DNA from: Callorhinchus milii
Lineage: Eukaryota
NCBI RefSeq assembly: GCF_018977255.1
Contig: NW_024704771.1
Location: forward strand, 3,410,001 to 3,474,000
Length of the DNA: 64,000 nt
Direction: 5' to 3'
A model generated the notes under the pieces. It did no database searches and was not told where the DNA came from. It saw only the letters and a program-made list of their open reading frames with translations. Numbering within the stretch: position 1 is the first letter of the stretch; every line of letters starts with the position of its first letter. Position numbers and translations under genes: made by a program. Positions 10,750 to 23,305 of this stretch are shown piece by piece.

Positions 10750-13224
10750 GAGAGAGAGTCACTCACTCACAGATACACACTGTCTCTCTCTCACTAACTC
10801 ACTCNNNNNNNNNNNNNNNNNNNNNNNNNNNNNNNNNNNNNNNNNNNNNNNNNNNNNNNNNNNNNNNNNNNNNNNNNNNNNNNNNNNNNNNNNNNNNNNN
10901 NNNNNNNNNNNNNNNNNNNNNNNNNNNNNNNNNNNNNNNNNNNNNNNNNNNNNNNNNNNNNNNNNNNNNNNNNNNNNNNNNNNNNNNNNNNNNNNNNNNN
11001 NNNNNNNNNNNNNNNNNNNNNNNNNNNNNNNNNNNNNNNNNNNNNNNNNNNNNNNNNNNNNNNNNNNNNNNNNNNNNNNNNNNNNNNNNNNNNNNNNNNN
11101 NNNNNNNNNNNNNNNNNNNNNNNNNNNNNNNNNNNNNNNNNNNNNNNNNNNNNNNNNNNNNNNNNNNNNNNNNNNNNNNNNNNNNNNNNNNNNNNNNNNN
11201 NNNNNNNNNNNNNNNNNNNNNNNNNNNNNNNNNNNNNNNNNNNNNNNNNNNNNNNNNNNNNNNNNNNNNNNNNNNNNNNNNNTGTCTCTCTCTCACTCAC
11301 TCTCTCACAGACACACACTGTCTCTCTTTCACACTCACTCTCNNNNNNNNNNNNNNNNNNNNNNNNNNNNNNNNNNNNNNNNNNNNNNNNNNNNNNNNNN
11401 NNNNNNNNNNNNNNNNNNNNNNNNNNNNNNNNNNNNNNNNNNNNNNNNNNNNNNNNNNNNNNNNNNNNNNNNNNNNNNNNNNNNNNNNNNNNNNNNNNNN
11501 NNNNNNTGTCTCTCTCTCACTCACTCTCTCACAGACACACACTGTCTCTCTTTCACACTCACTCTCTCAGACACACACTGTCTCTCTCTCACTCACTCTC
11601 TCACAGACACACTGTCTCTCTCTCACTCACTCACAGACACACACTGTCTCTCTCTCTCACACTCACTCTCTCAGACACACACTGTCTCTCTCTCTCACTC
11701 ACTCTCTCAGACACACACTGTCTCTCTTTCACACTCACTCTCTCAGACAGACACTGTCTCTCTCTCTCTCACTCACAGACACACACTGCCTCTCTCTCTC
11801 ACACTCTCACTCACAGACATACACTGTCTCTCTCTCTCTCTCACTCACAGACACACACTGTCTCTCTCTCTCTCACACTCACTCTTACAGACACACACTG
11901 TCTCTCTTTCACACTCACTCTCNNNNNNNNNNNNNNNNNNNNNNNNNNNNNNNNNNNNNNNNNNNNNNNNNNNNNNNNNNNNNNNNNNNNNNNNNNNNNN
12001 NNNNNNNNNNNNNNNNNNNNNNNNNNNNNNNNNNNNNNNNNNNNNNNNNNNNACACTCTCTCACTCACAGACATACACTGTCTCTCTCTCTCTCTCACTC
12101 ACAGACACACACTGTCTCTCTCTCTCTCACACTCACTCTTACAGACACACACTGTCTCTTTCACACTCACNNNNNNNNNNNNNNNNNNNNNNNNNNNNNN
12201 NNNNNNNNNNNNNNNNNNNNNNNNNNNNNNNNNNNNNNNNNNNNNNNNNNNNNNNNNNNNNNNNNNNNNNNNNNNNNNNNNNNNNNNNNNNNNNNNNNNN
12301 NNNNTCTCTTTCACACTCACTCTCTCAGACAGACACTGTCTCTCTCTCTCTCACTCACAGACACACACTGCCTCTCTCTCTCACACTCTCTCACTCACAG
12401 ACATACACTGTCTCTCTCTCTCTCTCACTCACAGACACACACTGTCTCTCTCTCTCACACACTCACTCACAGACACACACTGTCTCTCTCTCTCACACTC
12501 ACTCTCACAGACACACACTGTCTCTCTCTCACACTCACTCTCTCTCAGACACACACTGTCTCTCCCTCACACTCACTCTCTCTCAGACACACACTGTCTC
12601 TCTCTCTCTCTCTCAGACACACACTGTCTCTCTCTCTCTCACTCACATTCTCACAGACACACACTGTCTCTCTCTCACACTCACTCTCTCTCAGACACAC
12701 AGTCTCTCTCTCTCTCAGACACACACTGTCTCTCTCTCTCTCTCTCACTCTCTCACAGACACACACTGTCTCTCTCTCACACTCACTCTCTCACAGACAC
12801 ACACTGTCTCTCTCACACTCACTCTCTCACAGACACACNNNNNNNNNNNNNNNNNNNNNNNNNNNNNNNNNNNNNNNNNNNNNNNNNNNNNNNNNNNNNN
12901 NNNNNNNNNNNNNNNNNNNNNNNNNNNNNNNNNNNNNNNNNNNNNNNNNNNNNNNNNNNNNNNNNNNNNNNNNNNNNNNNNNNNNNNNNNNNNNNNNNNN
13001 NNNNNNNNNNNNNNNNNNNNNNNNNNNNNNNNNNNNNNNNNNNNNNNNNNNNNNNNNNNNNNNNNNNNNNNNNNNNNNNNNNNNNNNNNNNNNNNNNNNN
13101 NNNNNNNNNNNNNNNNNNNNNNNNNNNNNNNNNNNNNNNNNNNNNNNNNNNNNNNNNNNNNNNNNNNNNNNNNNNNNNNNNNNNNNNNNNNNNNNNNNNN
13201 NNNNNNNNNNNNNNNNNNNNNNNN
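10750..13224. repeat. CT/CA higher-order satellite (cagacacacactgtctctctctcacactcact units) in GRWD1 intron 1, with five N gaps
   Basis: Direct reading; gaps at 10805-11282, 11343-11506, 11923-12052, 12171-12304, 12839-13224. Confidence 0.93.
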
Positions 13225-13244
13225 GCCTCTGACTCAGTAGTTAC

Positions 13245-13413
13245 CGCTCTGGAGCTTCTCAAACACCAGATAAGCGCTGGGATCGCGCTCCATCTCCGCC
13301 TCCATCGCCCCCATCTCCGATTCCATCCCCATCCCCGGCCCCAGTGCGGCTTCAACCGGAACTTCCGGCGGCGGCGGCGGCGGCTCCTCCCCCGACACGT
13401 GACCCCGGTTCAT
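13245..13413 (-). CDS. GRWD1: GRWD1 exon 1 (MNRGH...RDPSAYLVFEKLQS)
   Basis: D.SAY motif, |gtaac donor, phase 1 joins exon 2. The seven exons total 1317 nt. The ATG is the most plausible one, but the frame stays open upstream into the VNTR. Confidence 0.85.
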
Positions 13414-13460
13414 CCCCGCGCGACATGTGGAGAAATGACGGTTTGTTTCCTCAGCGCCGG

Positions 13461-13961
13461 AAACCCGAACACCCGAGTCCCCGAACACCCGATACCCCGA
13501 ACACCAGAGCCCCCGAACACCAGAGCCCCCGAACACCCGAGTCCCCGAACACCCGATACCCCGAACACCAGAGCCCCCGAACACCAGAGCCCCCGAACAC
13601 CAGAGCCCCGAACACCCGAGTCCCCGAACACCAGAGCCCCCGAACACCCGAGTCCCCGAACACCAGAGCCCCCGAACACCCGAACACCCGAGTCCCCGAA
13701 CACCAGAGCCCCCGAACACCCGAACACCCGAGTCCCCGAACACCAGAGCCCCGAACACCCGAACACCAGAGCCCCCGAACACCAGAGCCCCCGAACACCA
13801 GAGCCCCCGAACACCCGAACACCAGAGCCCCCGAACACCCGAACACCAGAGCCCCGAACACCAGAGCCCCCGAACACCAGAGCCCCCGAACACCCGAACA
13901 CCAGAGCCCCCGAACACCCGAACACCAGAGCCCCGAACCCCTGAACCCCCGAACACCCGAA
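13461..13961. repeat. GC-rich minisatellite (ccccgaacaccagagc-type units) directly upstream of GRWD1
   Basis: Direct reading. Confidence 0.95.
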
Positions 13962-14375
13962 CAATAACAACAAGATTCCATTTATAAAGCGCCTTTCACG
14001 TCAGGAGGACGTCCTGAGGCGCTGTACAGTTGGGTCAGGACCCGAGCATTGGGGAGATGGTCAGGGGAGGGGAGGGAAGGGAGGGAGCGAGGAGGGGGGA
14101 AATGGTCAGGGTGAGGGGAGGGGAGGGAGGGAGCGAGGAGGGGGAATGGTCAGGGTGAGGGGAGGGAAGGGAGGGAGCGAGGAGGGGGTAGAGAGTCGAG
14201 AGCGGAGCTGAAGGCTGAAGGTCAAAGAGAAAGGTCTTGAGACCGGCCTTGAAGGAGGAAAGGGAGGAAGCGGTGAAGGCACTGGGGATGGGGTTCCAGA
14301 GCCTCGGGGCTGAGAGGCTGAAGGCCACCGATGGTCGGGCGGTTGGGGCGGGGGATGTGGAGCAGACCGGAGCCG
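13962..14375 (-). mobile_element. Young L2 LINE 3' end, inserted in the minisatellite
   Basis: Very similar by eye to 61880-62326; (GTT)n tail; internal unit of about 43 bp repeated three times. Confidence 0.88.
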
Positions 14376-15001
14376 AACCCAAACCCCCAAACCCCAGAAC
14401 CCCCGAACCCCCGAACATCAGAGCCCCCGAACACCCGAACCCCCGAATCCCACAACCCCCGAGCCCCCGAACCTCCGAGCCCCTGAACCCCCGAGCCCCT
14501 GAACCCCCGAGCCCCTGAACCCCCGAGCCCCTGAACCCCCAAGCCCCTGAACCCCCGAACCCCCGAATCCCAGTACACCCGAACCCCCGAACATCAGAGC
14601 CCCCGAACACCCGAACCCCCGAATCCCAGAACCCCTAAGCCCCCGAACCCCCGAGCCCCTGAACCCCCGAACACCCGAACCCCTGAATCCCAGTACCCCT
14701 AAGCCCCCGAACCCCAGAACACCCGAGCCACCGAACCCCCGAACATCAGAGCCCCCGAACACCCGAACCCCCGAAACCCCAAGCCCCGAACACCCGAGCC
14801 TGAGCCCCCGAACACCCGAGCCCCCGAACCCCCGAGCCCCCGAACCCCCGAACATCAGAGCCCCCGAACACCCGAACCCCCGAAACCCCAAGCCCCGAAC
14901 CCGAGCCTGAGCCCCCGAACCCCCAAGCCCCCGAACCCCCAAGCACCGAACACCCGAACCCCCGAACACCTGAGCCCCCGAACACCCAAACCCCCGAGCC
15001 C
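14376..15001. repeat. Second arm of the same minisatellite (ccccgaac-based units)
   Basis: Direct reading. Confidence 0.95.
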
Positions 15002-15042
15002 CGTCTCAACGACGTCACAAGGAGTTACATCAAATGCAATGA

Positions 15043-15079
<37 letters not shown>

Positions 15080-15454
15080 GGTAAGTTTAATCAACAGCGT
15101 GGAATTGATTACCAAAAAGCACGAGTTATTTGGACAGAACATATTTGTGTATCTAACTCAAAAGTACGAATGCTTCTTTTTAGTTTGCGAGCGCTGTAAG
15201 GCCAGCGGTTAGAGAGCCTCACAGGCACGAGGACCTGGGTTCGATTCTCGGCCACGGCAAAACCTCAGGCAAGTTTCCTTACTCCACACACAGACCTCTC
15301 TGTTTACGTACCAGTAAGTCGGGACCCGGTTGTCAGTCAGTTGGTGAATTGCTTTCGCGGGCGATAATAAAAAACATGGAGTGACTCGACCCACGAGTGT
15401 TTGTGGGACACTGCCGCGCACAGTTGGCTGCCGTGTCTCGCCCACAAAATACAC

Positions 15455-15945
15455 AAACAACAGCAACAACAACAAGATTCCATTTATAAAGCGCCTTTCA
15501 CGTCAGGAGGACGTCCCAAGGCGCTGCACAGTTGGGTCATGACCCGAGCATTGGGGGGGAAATGGTCAAGGGGAGGGAAGGGAGGGAGCGAGGAGGGGGG
15601 AAATGGTCAGGGTGAGGGGAAGGAAGGGAGGGAGCGAGGAGGGGGAAGAGAGTCGAGAGGGGAGCTGACATTTGTGAAGCCACTATCACGTCGGGAGCAC
15701 GTGACAACGCGCTGGACAGTCAGCGATCGGGACCCGAGCTGGGGGTTGGGATCAGGAGGGTTGGAGGGCACGGAGGGGGACCCTAAGGCGCAGTCGAAGA
15801 GGAGGGTCTTGAGATGGGTCTTAATGGAGGCAGGGGAGGGGACAAGGCGAAGGGAATGTGGGGTGGGGGCAGATACCTGACCGCCGATGGTGGAGCTGAC
15901 CGGGCGGGGGATGTGGATCAGGCCGCAGGGCGCTGAGAAGGAGCG
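15455..15945 (-). mobile_element. L2 LINE 3' fragment
   Basis: Same tail as 13962; L2 ORF2-end motifs. Confidence 0.82.
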
Positions 15946-16472
15946 GACAGGTAAAAAATGGTGAGCTTCCTGGTCAAAATAAAACCTTTTTTTTGTTGCA
16001 ACAGTTGTGAAAGTTCTGTCTTCCCGGCGTGTCCCACTCCTGCCAACACGAGCGGTTACAGGATGCAGGATCTTATCACGCCTTCGAGACGTCTCAACCA
16101 ATATACCGTGACGTGAATGGACCGTATACCTTGTGGGCGAATCGTGGGAGCCGATTGCGCACAGCAGCGTCCCCATAAACAGTCACGGATTGAGCGACCA
16201 AGTTGTTACTTTTTTAAGGAATTATTATCTCCGCCAAACGACTGACGATCCTACTTACTGCTGTGTAAACAGAGGTGTGCGTGGGTGTGTGTGTGTGTGT
16301 GGAGAGAGTAAACTTGCCTAAGGTTTCACGCTGCCTGGAGATCGAATCCCAGGTCTTCTTACTTTCGAGGCGCGTGCGCTAACGCCTGAGCTACAGGACT
16401 CCACCAAACGCAAGCTTTAGCCGTTGTAGATGGATATATTTAAGAATTGAACTTTCTTTTCCAATCGTTCAG

Positions 16473-16558
16473 CTTTCGCGATCCATTTTTCCATCCGCTA
16501 TCTTCCGTTCGGCAGATTCCTCAATCCATTTCTCAGCGTCAGGGGTGGTGTTCAAGAA
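16473..16558 (+). CDS. Candidate upstream exon of the unidentified + strand gene (LSRSIFPSAIFRSADSS..., phase 0 to 2)
   Basis: Very strong polypyrimidine acceptor (ctttcttttccaatcgttcag) and |gtgagc donor; phase fits exon 22180. It overlaps a competing - strand ORF. Confidence 0.25.
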
Positions 16559-17006
16559 GTGAGCCAGCTTGGGCTCCTCTTCTTTAGCGTAAGACAGCAT
16601 CATGTCAATCCAACGCACAAATTCATTCCAGCCCTTTACGAACATCAAAGAAAAAAACACTCGTCAGTAAATTAATAATAATAATCCTTACATTTGGTAC
16701 AGCGCCTTATCACGTCGTCGAGGCTTCTCAAAGCGCTTCATAGCGCATAGTGTAAAGTGAATCGACTATATTTTGTGGGTGACCCGCGGCAGCCAATTGC
16801 ACACAACAGCGTCCCACAAACAGTCGTGGATTGAGTCGCCCAATTTTTTATTATAAATTATTATTCCCCCCGCAAAAGCAACTCACCAATTGACTGACAA
16901 CTGGGTCCCCCTACTGACTGGTAAGCAAACAGAGGCCGGTGTGTGGAGTCAGGAAACTTGCCTAAGGTTTCGCCCTGGTTGGGAATTGAACCCGGGTCCT
17001 CTCGCT

Positions 17007-17781
17007 TGTTGGGAAAAAGGAAGCCCGGGTTCGGTCAAAAGACTCGACAAACACCAAGTATGGCGTGACACACCTTTGGATGCTTTACTTCGATACCCAA
17101 CAGGTAATAGCAATCATACAATACAAAGAAAGGTAAATGATCCAATAAGCAATACCAGAATGCAATGATTATATCAAAGCAGAATGATTATACTTGATTA
17201 TATTATATAAAAAAAACATTCTTCACACGCGGTTAAGAAGTACTCATACTACCAGTTTACAGGGGTCAACAGCAGCCGTTCTTCGTCTTCCCTCTCCTGA
17301 GCCCGAGCAGTTTAGTGATATACTCCCAAACTTATGGTGACCCTCTGATCTCTGCTCCCAGGCTGACTATCTCCCTTTTTACACAGGTTTTTGGGGTGGT
17401 TTTTCCCAATTTCTGCACGTCTCTCCTGACCTTTGGTCTGACCGGACAAGATAACTGATGTTTTTCTAAAACGTGTCCTCCTTTCAGTTACCTCCCTCGG
17501 TCCTGTTTGTGCAGGAGGCCCACAAGCTCGGCTTCAACCTTGATGTATCAAGGATACATCTGTCTCCTCATCTCTACTCTTCCAGCCTCATTAACTCATA
17601 CTAATTGGTCGAGTTATGATGAACAACCTCCCGACTATGACCAAAGTTACCTCGTTTTCTTTCGTTCGCCCTCCTTTTGCCAACATAAGTAGGTTTTCAG
17701 GGCGCATCCGTCCGTTACCCCAGCGAGTGTTTCTCTATTTCTTCTAAATTGTTTTATCATAACCCCAACATACATCTTACA
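17007..17781 (-). mobile_element. Probable solo LTR
   Basis: TGTAAG...CCCAACA termini on the - strand, TATATAA and AGTAAA near the 3' end; abuts a SINE head; no clear TSD. Confidence 0.5.
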
Positions 17782-18029
17782 TTGAGGCAATTTTCATACG
17801 TTTGACGTGTTCCTACTGACTGCAGGTAAACAGAGGCGGAACAGAGGAAACTTACCTCGTGTTTCGCGCCGCCCGGGAATCGAACCCGGCGGATTGGTGG
17901 ATTGCTTTCTGGGGATAACGATCGTTATCATCTCATATCATTATAACAGTAATCCCCTTCAACAAAAAAATGTTTTAAAGGAAAATATACGACAATACTG
18001 TCATTCGGACAAATTTACCATCACTGTTT

Positions 18030-18440
18030 CAGACCCGAGCTGGGGTTCGGAATCTGGGAAGGAGGGCGGGTGGGGGTTGTGGGAGGGAAAGGAGGGTGAT
18101 CAAAGTTCAAGAGGAGGGTCTTGAGTTGGGTCTTGAAGGAGGCGAGGGAGGGGGCGAGACGGGATGAAGTTTCAAAGGGTGGGGGCAGAGTGGCTGAGGT
18201 TCCCACCTGCCAATGGTGGGGCGGGTGAGGCAGGGGCCGGAGCCCGCTGAGCGGAGGGAGCGAACAGGATGGTAGGGGGTTAGGAGGTCGCAGAGGCAGG
18301 GTGGGGAGCAAAGCCATGAAGGGCTTTGAAGGTGAGGACCAGGATCTTGAACTGTATCTCCTGTGTGATGGGAAGCCGGTGGATGGGGTGACAGGGTGGT
18401 GGAGCCTCGGGCGGGATAGGACACGGGCTGCAGATGACGT
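18030..18440 (-). mobile_element. L2 LINE fragment
   Basis: Translates to HRLPITQEIQFKILVLTFKALHGFAP, the L2 ORF2 C-terminus. Confidence 0.8.
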
Positions 18441-20237
18441 ATTGCGGAGAAAAAATGCAGCGGCCGATTGTGTCTGACAAACGATCGTGGATCGAGTGAC
18501 CAATTTATTATTACTTTAGTTATTTACGCGTTTATTTTGAAGGGATTATTACTCCCGGAAAAGTGATCCGCTAATCGACTAACAGCCGGGTACCTACTTC
18601 CCGCGAGGTAAAGAGAGGGGTGCGTGTGGAGTGAGAAGACTTGCCTAAGGTTTCGCTCTGCCGGGGATTGAACTTGGGTCCTCTCGCTTGCCAGGCGAGC
18701 GCCCTGAGCTACAGGACACAGCATACAGTATCCTGCATTCTGCACACACTTGTGCAGCACTAATCACAGTGTAGCGTTGGTGGTCTGCGAGCGATAGAGG
18801 CACAAGCTTGTGTGTGACCGTCCAAGACAATAATAATAATTAATAATAATAATATCATTATATTAATGATGTAATCAAGAATTAAGTGATGCAATTTTTT
18901 TTTTAATGGCACATTCCCCCCCAGATAGCACTGTCGGGATAGCAATCCACCCCAAAATTTGATCACTCAGTCCACAACAGGATCACTTTCCGGGGGTAAT
19001 AGTCCCTTAAAAAAATACAAACAAAATGATAATAATTTGGCCACTGAATCCACGACTGTTCGTGGGACATTGCTGTGCGCAATTTGCCCACAAAATATGC
19101 AGTTAATTATCCCTACGAAACGCTTTGAGACATTTCTAAGACGTGATGAGGCGCGATATCAAATGCAAGTGGGGTGGGGGGTGGGGGGGGGAGCTGTTTG
19201 CTTCGCCGGTTGACAGTAAAAAGATTATTTTTGCTGATCGCTGACGGGAAATTGAGTCAACGTGGACTTCACAGAAATCGTGCGACCCAATGCTATTCCT
19301 AGTCTGACTCCGATCATTATCTGGAAAGTGACTGTAACAGACGTGGAGTCCTGGGGCTCAGTGGTTAGAGCGCTCGCCTCGCAAGCGAGACACCTGGGTT
19401 TGACTTCCGGCCGGGCGTAAATTTTTTGACAAGTTTCTGTTCTCCACCCGTGTGCCTCAGCGGCGAATAGGAACCCGGTTGTTAGTTGGTTCGCGGATGT
19501 TTTTTTCCCCCCACGGGTGAAAAAGGCGTTAAAAAAAATAAACTGGTGGCTTCGATCCACGAAGTGGATTTGGGCCGCAACTGTTGGCCGCTGTGTTTCG
19601 CCCACAAAATGCAGTCACTACACTTTACAGTATGTTCGGCGAAACGTGTGATGAGGTGCTGTATCAAATGCAAGGGTTGTTGTTATTATTATTATTATTA
19701 TTATTATAGCTATTGCAATTCCTCCGAAGTGAAATAGCCAATAGTTAATGATAAAGGATCTGACAAGAGGAGACCCCACCACTCACCCCCCGCCTCCTCC
19801 CATCCAGCGCCTCCCCTTCCCCACCCTCCGCACTTTCATCCCCATCTCCCCCTCCTCTCTCAGCATCTGTGCCGCGATCTGTTCTGCCTTTCCCCCCAAC
19901 TTCTGCCACGTTGCCCGCCTCCCCCACGAATAACAGTGATGTTGCGCCCGATCAAGTCGTTGAGACGTCGCAAAGTGCTTCACGGCAAAGGCAAACACTG
20001 TAAAGCAGAGTGACTGTGCATTTTGTGGGCGAAACGCAGCAGCCAATCCCGACATTGCTCCTGATGTTTGCTCTGAATCCTGCACAATGTTTTGGTGAAG
20101 CCAAGACAGGGAATTGGTTTGGACATGTGGGATTTTTTTTTTCTGCCTTGGCAGGAGAAACACTGAACCGACTTGTCTCCAGCGATTGCCCACGTCCACT
20201 GGAATGGAGCCAATGCGGCTTTTTCTTTGGCTTTTAG

Positions 20238-20353
20238 CGGAAATCAACTGACCAAATGCTATTGATATTGACTGGAAACACCCGCAGTGAAAAGACATTC
20301 AATTTGTTCATGAAAGGCGACGCACACAGACTGTGTACCATTCGCAAAGTCAG
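20238..20353 (+). CDS. Alternative candidate upstream exon (RKSTDQMLLILTGNTRSEKTFNLFMKG..., phase 0 to 2)
   Basis: Strong acceptor ttttctttggcttttag, only one open frame, weak donor cag|gtcttg; phase fits exon 22180. Confidence 0.25.
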
Positions 20354-21221
20354 GTCTTGTGGAGTCCTGTAGCTCAGCGGTTAGAGCGCTCACCTCACAA
20401 GCGCGAGACCTGGGTTCAATTCCTGGCCGGATGAAACGTGGAGCAAGTTTCCTGACTTTATTATTTCCTTATTATTATTATCTAACAGCTCTGAAATATG
20501 TGGAGTTGTTGTTTCAAGTAAGTCGTGGTTTGTTGAGTAAGAAGATGTACCTCCTTGGGTTGGGCGGTGGGGTGGGGAGCGGGGGGGGGGGTTGTGGTGG
20601 GGTGGGGGGATGCGGAGGTAAATGGGGTCTCCTCGAGCTGAAGTGGCCCCGAGGTGACATGTTTGTGGAACATGTGGAGTGTGGGAATCGAGCGAGGCCT
20701 CTGTGACGGTCTCCAGTCCGGTTCCTGAGCCAGAAGGGTCCGCAGGATTAGCCTCCAGCAGTTACCCCAACGCACACTCCGGGGTCCCCAAGCCTTGTTT
20801 GACGCCCCGGATGGTGCCGCAGTTCCTCTGCTCACCAGGAGACGGCAGCGATGCTCCACCCGCACAGCAGACTCACCCCCCACCCCTACCCCCACCCCCA
20901 CCCCCACGCGTTAAATTGCATTGATAATAATAATAATAAAAATAATAATAAAGCTAATAATCCTCGCGTTTGACATTGCGCTTTATCGGGTAATTAAGAC
21001 GTCTCCACGACTATACCGTCACGTGAGTTTACTGTATACTTTGTGGGCGAAACGCGGCAGCCAACTGCGCGCAGCGGCGTCCCGGGGACCGTCATGGATT
21101 GAGTGGCCAAATGATTATGATTTTTATTGAGGGGATCATTATCGCCGGAAAGCGCTCCCGAAATAGGTAAGCAGAGGGCGTCCCTCCAGTGGGAGAGAGA
21201 GAGAGACAGAGACAGATAGAG

Positions 21222-21252
<31 letters not shown>

Positions 21253-22179
21253 TATTCCAACACACAGGAATTTCCAGGTGTGGGTGGGAGGCAAGGAGTT
21301 CTCGGCTTGGTTCGGAGGCTCCTTAAGCGACGGTGATGGGTTTCCGCGGGCGTCAGGACACCCAAAAAATATACAATGACACATTTCCCTTGTTAACTGC
21401 CAGTTTTGTTCTGAGAGAAACGCGAGCGCACACCGCTCCGTTGGTGAGCTGACAGCACGCAGCAGCGTCCAGTCCCAGGTCGGTGAGACCGTGTACTTCA
21501 TTAATAAGAGCGATAATCCTCGCGCCTTATCGTGTCCTCAAGACGTCCCAAAGCGCTTCGCAGGATACCCTGTAAAGCGAATTGTCTGTATGTTTTTGCG
21601 GGCGAAACTCGGCAACCACACGCATACCGCGGCGTCCCAACACACACACACAGTCACGGACTGAAATGAAATCATTTGTTATTATTACTCATTTCTCCTG
21701 AAGGAATTATTGCCCCCCGGAAAAGCGATCCGTCAATCGACCAACTACTGCTGCTTACTGCTGGGTAGAGACAGAGAGAGACGTATGGATTAAGGAGATG
21801 CGCCCGACGTTTGGCCCTCGCAAGTGAGAGACCTGGGTTCGATTCCCGAAACGTTCCCCAAACCAAACGTTGGGCAAGTTTCCTTACTCCTCTGTTTACT
21901 CGGCAGTAAGTAGGAACCCGGTTGTCCGTCGATCGGCGGATCTCTTTCCCGGGAATAAAACCCCCTATCAATTTTTAAAGAAAAAATAAAACCAAGTAAA
22001 TAATAATAATAATTTGGCCACTTAATCGCGACTGTTTGTGCGCAGTTGGCTGCCGTGTTTTTTTTTGCCCGCAAAGTACGCAGTCAACTCACTTTACAGT
22101 GTGTCTGTCTTGCGAAGTGCTTTGGGACGTCTCAAAGACGCGTCGAGGGATTGTCATTGTTATGTTCTTACGTTAACAG

Positions 22180-22340
22180 ATACGGCCACGACCGCAAACG
22201 AAGACCTGCGGAACGCGTTTCTGAGGTACAATCCGTCCGGCCGACATCTTACTCGCTCAGCGACGACGTCTACATTGCGGACAATCGAGGCCCGAAAGAC
22301 CCGAACTCAGAGGAGATCCACGAGGTCACCGCGCAGATGG
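22180..22340 (+). CDS. Exon of an unidentified gene (YGHDRKRR...DDVYIADNRGPKDPNSEEIHEVTAQM, phase 2 to 1)
   Basis: Non-repeat CpG-rich island among SINEs, ttcttacgttaacag| acceptor, |gtattt donor, in frame with the next exon. Confidence 0.5.
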
Positions 22341-22844
22341 GTATTTGATTTAACCGTTTGTTTCGCAGTTTCTTTCTGGGAACCGAACTGGAGTCCTGTC
22401 GTAGCAGTGGGTTAGTGCACTCGTCTCACAAGCGAAACAGACTTGGGTTGCGTTTACTCCAACAGTTATTAGGAATTGTTAGTCGATTGGCGGATCACTT
22501 TCCGAGGGGAATTTAGTTGCAGTTCAGGGATGAGGTTTAGAGGGAGAAAAGGCTGCTTTTCTTATTATAATTATATAATAATCCACTTTACAGTATATAC
22601 TTCACTTCACTTTGCGAATCACTTCACTTTGCGGTATATTCGGTGAAGCGCTTCGAGATGTCTCAATGACATAAGGCGCGATTATTATGGTTACTACATT
22701 ATCATTATTATTGAAGTCCTGAAGCGTATGAGTTAGAGAGCTCGCCTGACAAGCGAGAGGACCTGGGTTCAAATCCTTAGGCGAGTTTCCTTACTCCACA
22801 CACCTCTGTCAGTAGGAACCCCCAATTATCCTTCCTCCCCCACA

Positions 22845-23305
22845 ACCGGTCCCTCACCAGCACCGCTTTCTTCCACACCTCCGACGCACCGCCCGTCTCC
22901 GCCAATACCTCACTCCAAAAGCCGCTGAAACCCTGGTCCATGCCTTTGTCAGCTCTCGGCTGGACTACTCTAACGCCCTCCGCGCCGGTCTCCCATCCAC
23001 TACCATCCATAAAATTCAGATTATTCAAAACTCTGCCGCCCACATTCTCACCCGCACCAAACCCCGCTCCCCGGTCCCCCCAGTCCTTGCCAGACTGTAC
23101 TGACTGCCTATCCCAGAGAGGATTGACTTAAGATCCGCACTCTTGTCTTCAAATCCCTCCACTCCTCTGCACCCCCCGACCTCTCGGACCTCCTCTCTCC
23201 TCACAACAGTACCCGTTGCCTTCGTTCCACCGGGTCTGGCCTCCTCCTCGTCCCCCAAGTCCTCTGGTCCACCCTCGGTGGCCGTGCCTTCAGCCACTAC
23301 AGCCC
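22845..23305 (+). mobile_element. L2 LINE fragment
   Basis: LDY.N...L......KFRLFK.L.. and KI..LVFKSLH motifs, degenerate. Confidence 0.8.

Noticed and set aside
5597-13355. SLSHT/THT-rich and X-containing ORFs of up to 898 aa
   Set aside because: Dinucleotide satellites and N gaps read through without stops.
13234-15142. Long GSGVRGLWCSGALVF / PEHQSPRT repeat ORFs
   Set aside because: Translations of the minisatellite in several frames. Only the 13413-13245 part is GRWD1.
19795-19960. G-rich - strand ORFs ending at a gtgagt donor
   Set aside because: Low-complexity purine-rich sequence, no acceptor, no convincing link to other exons.
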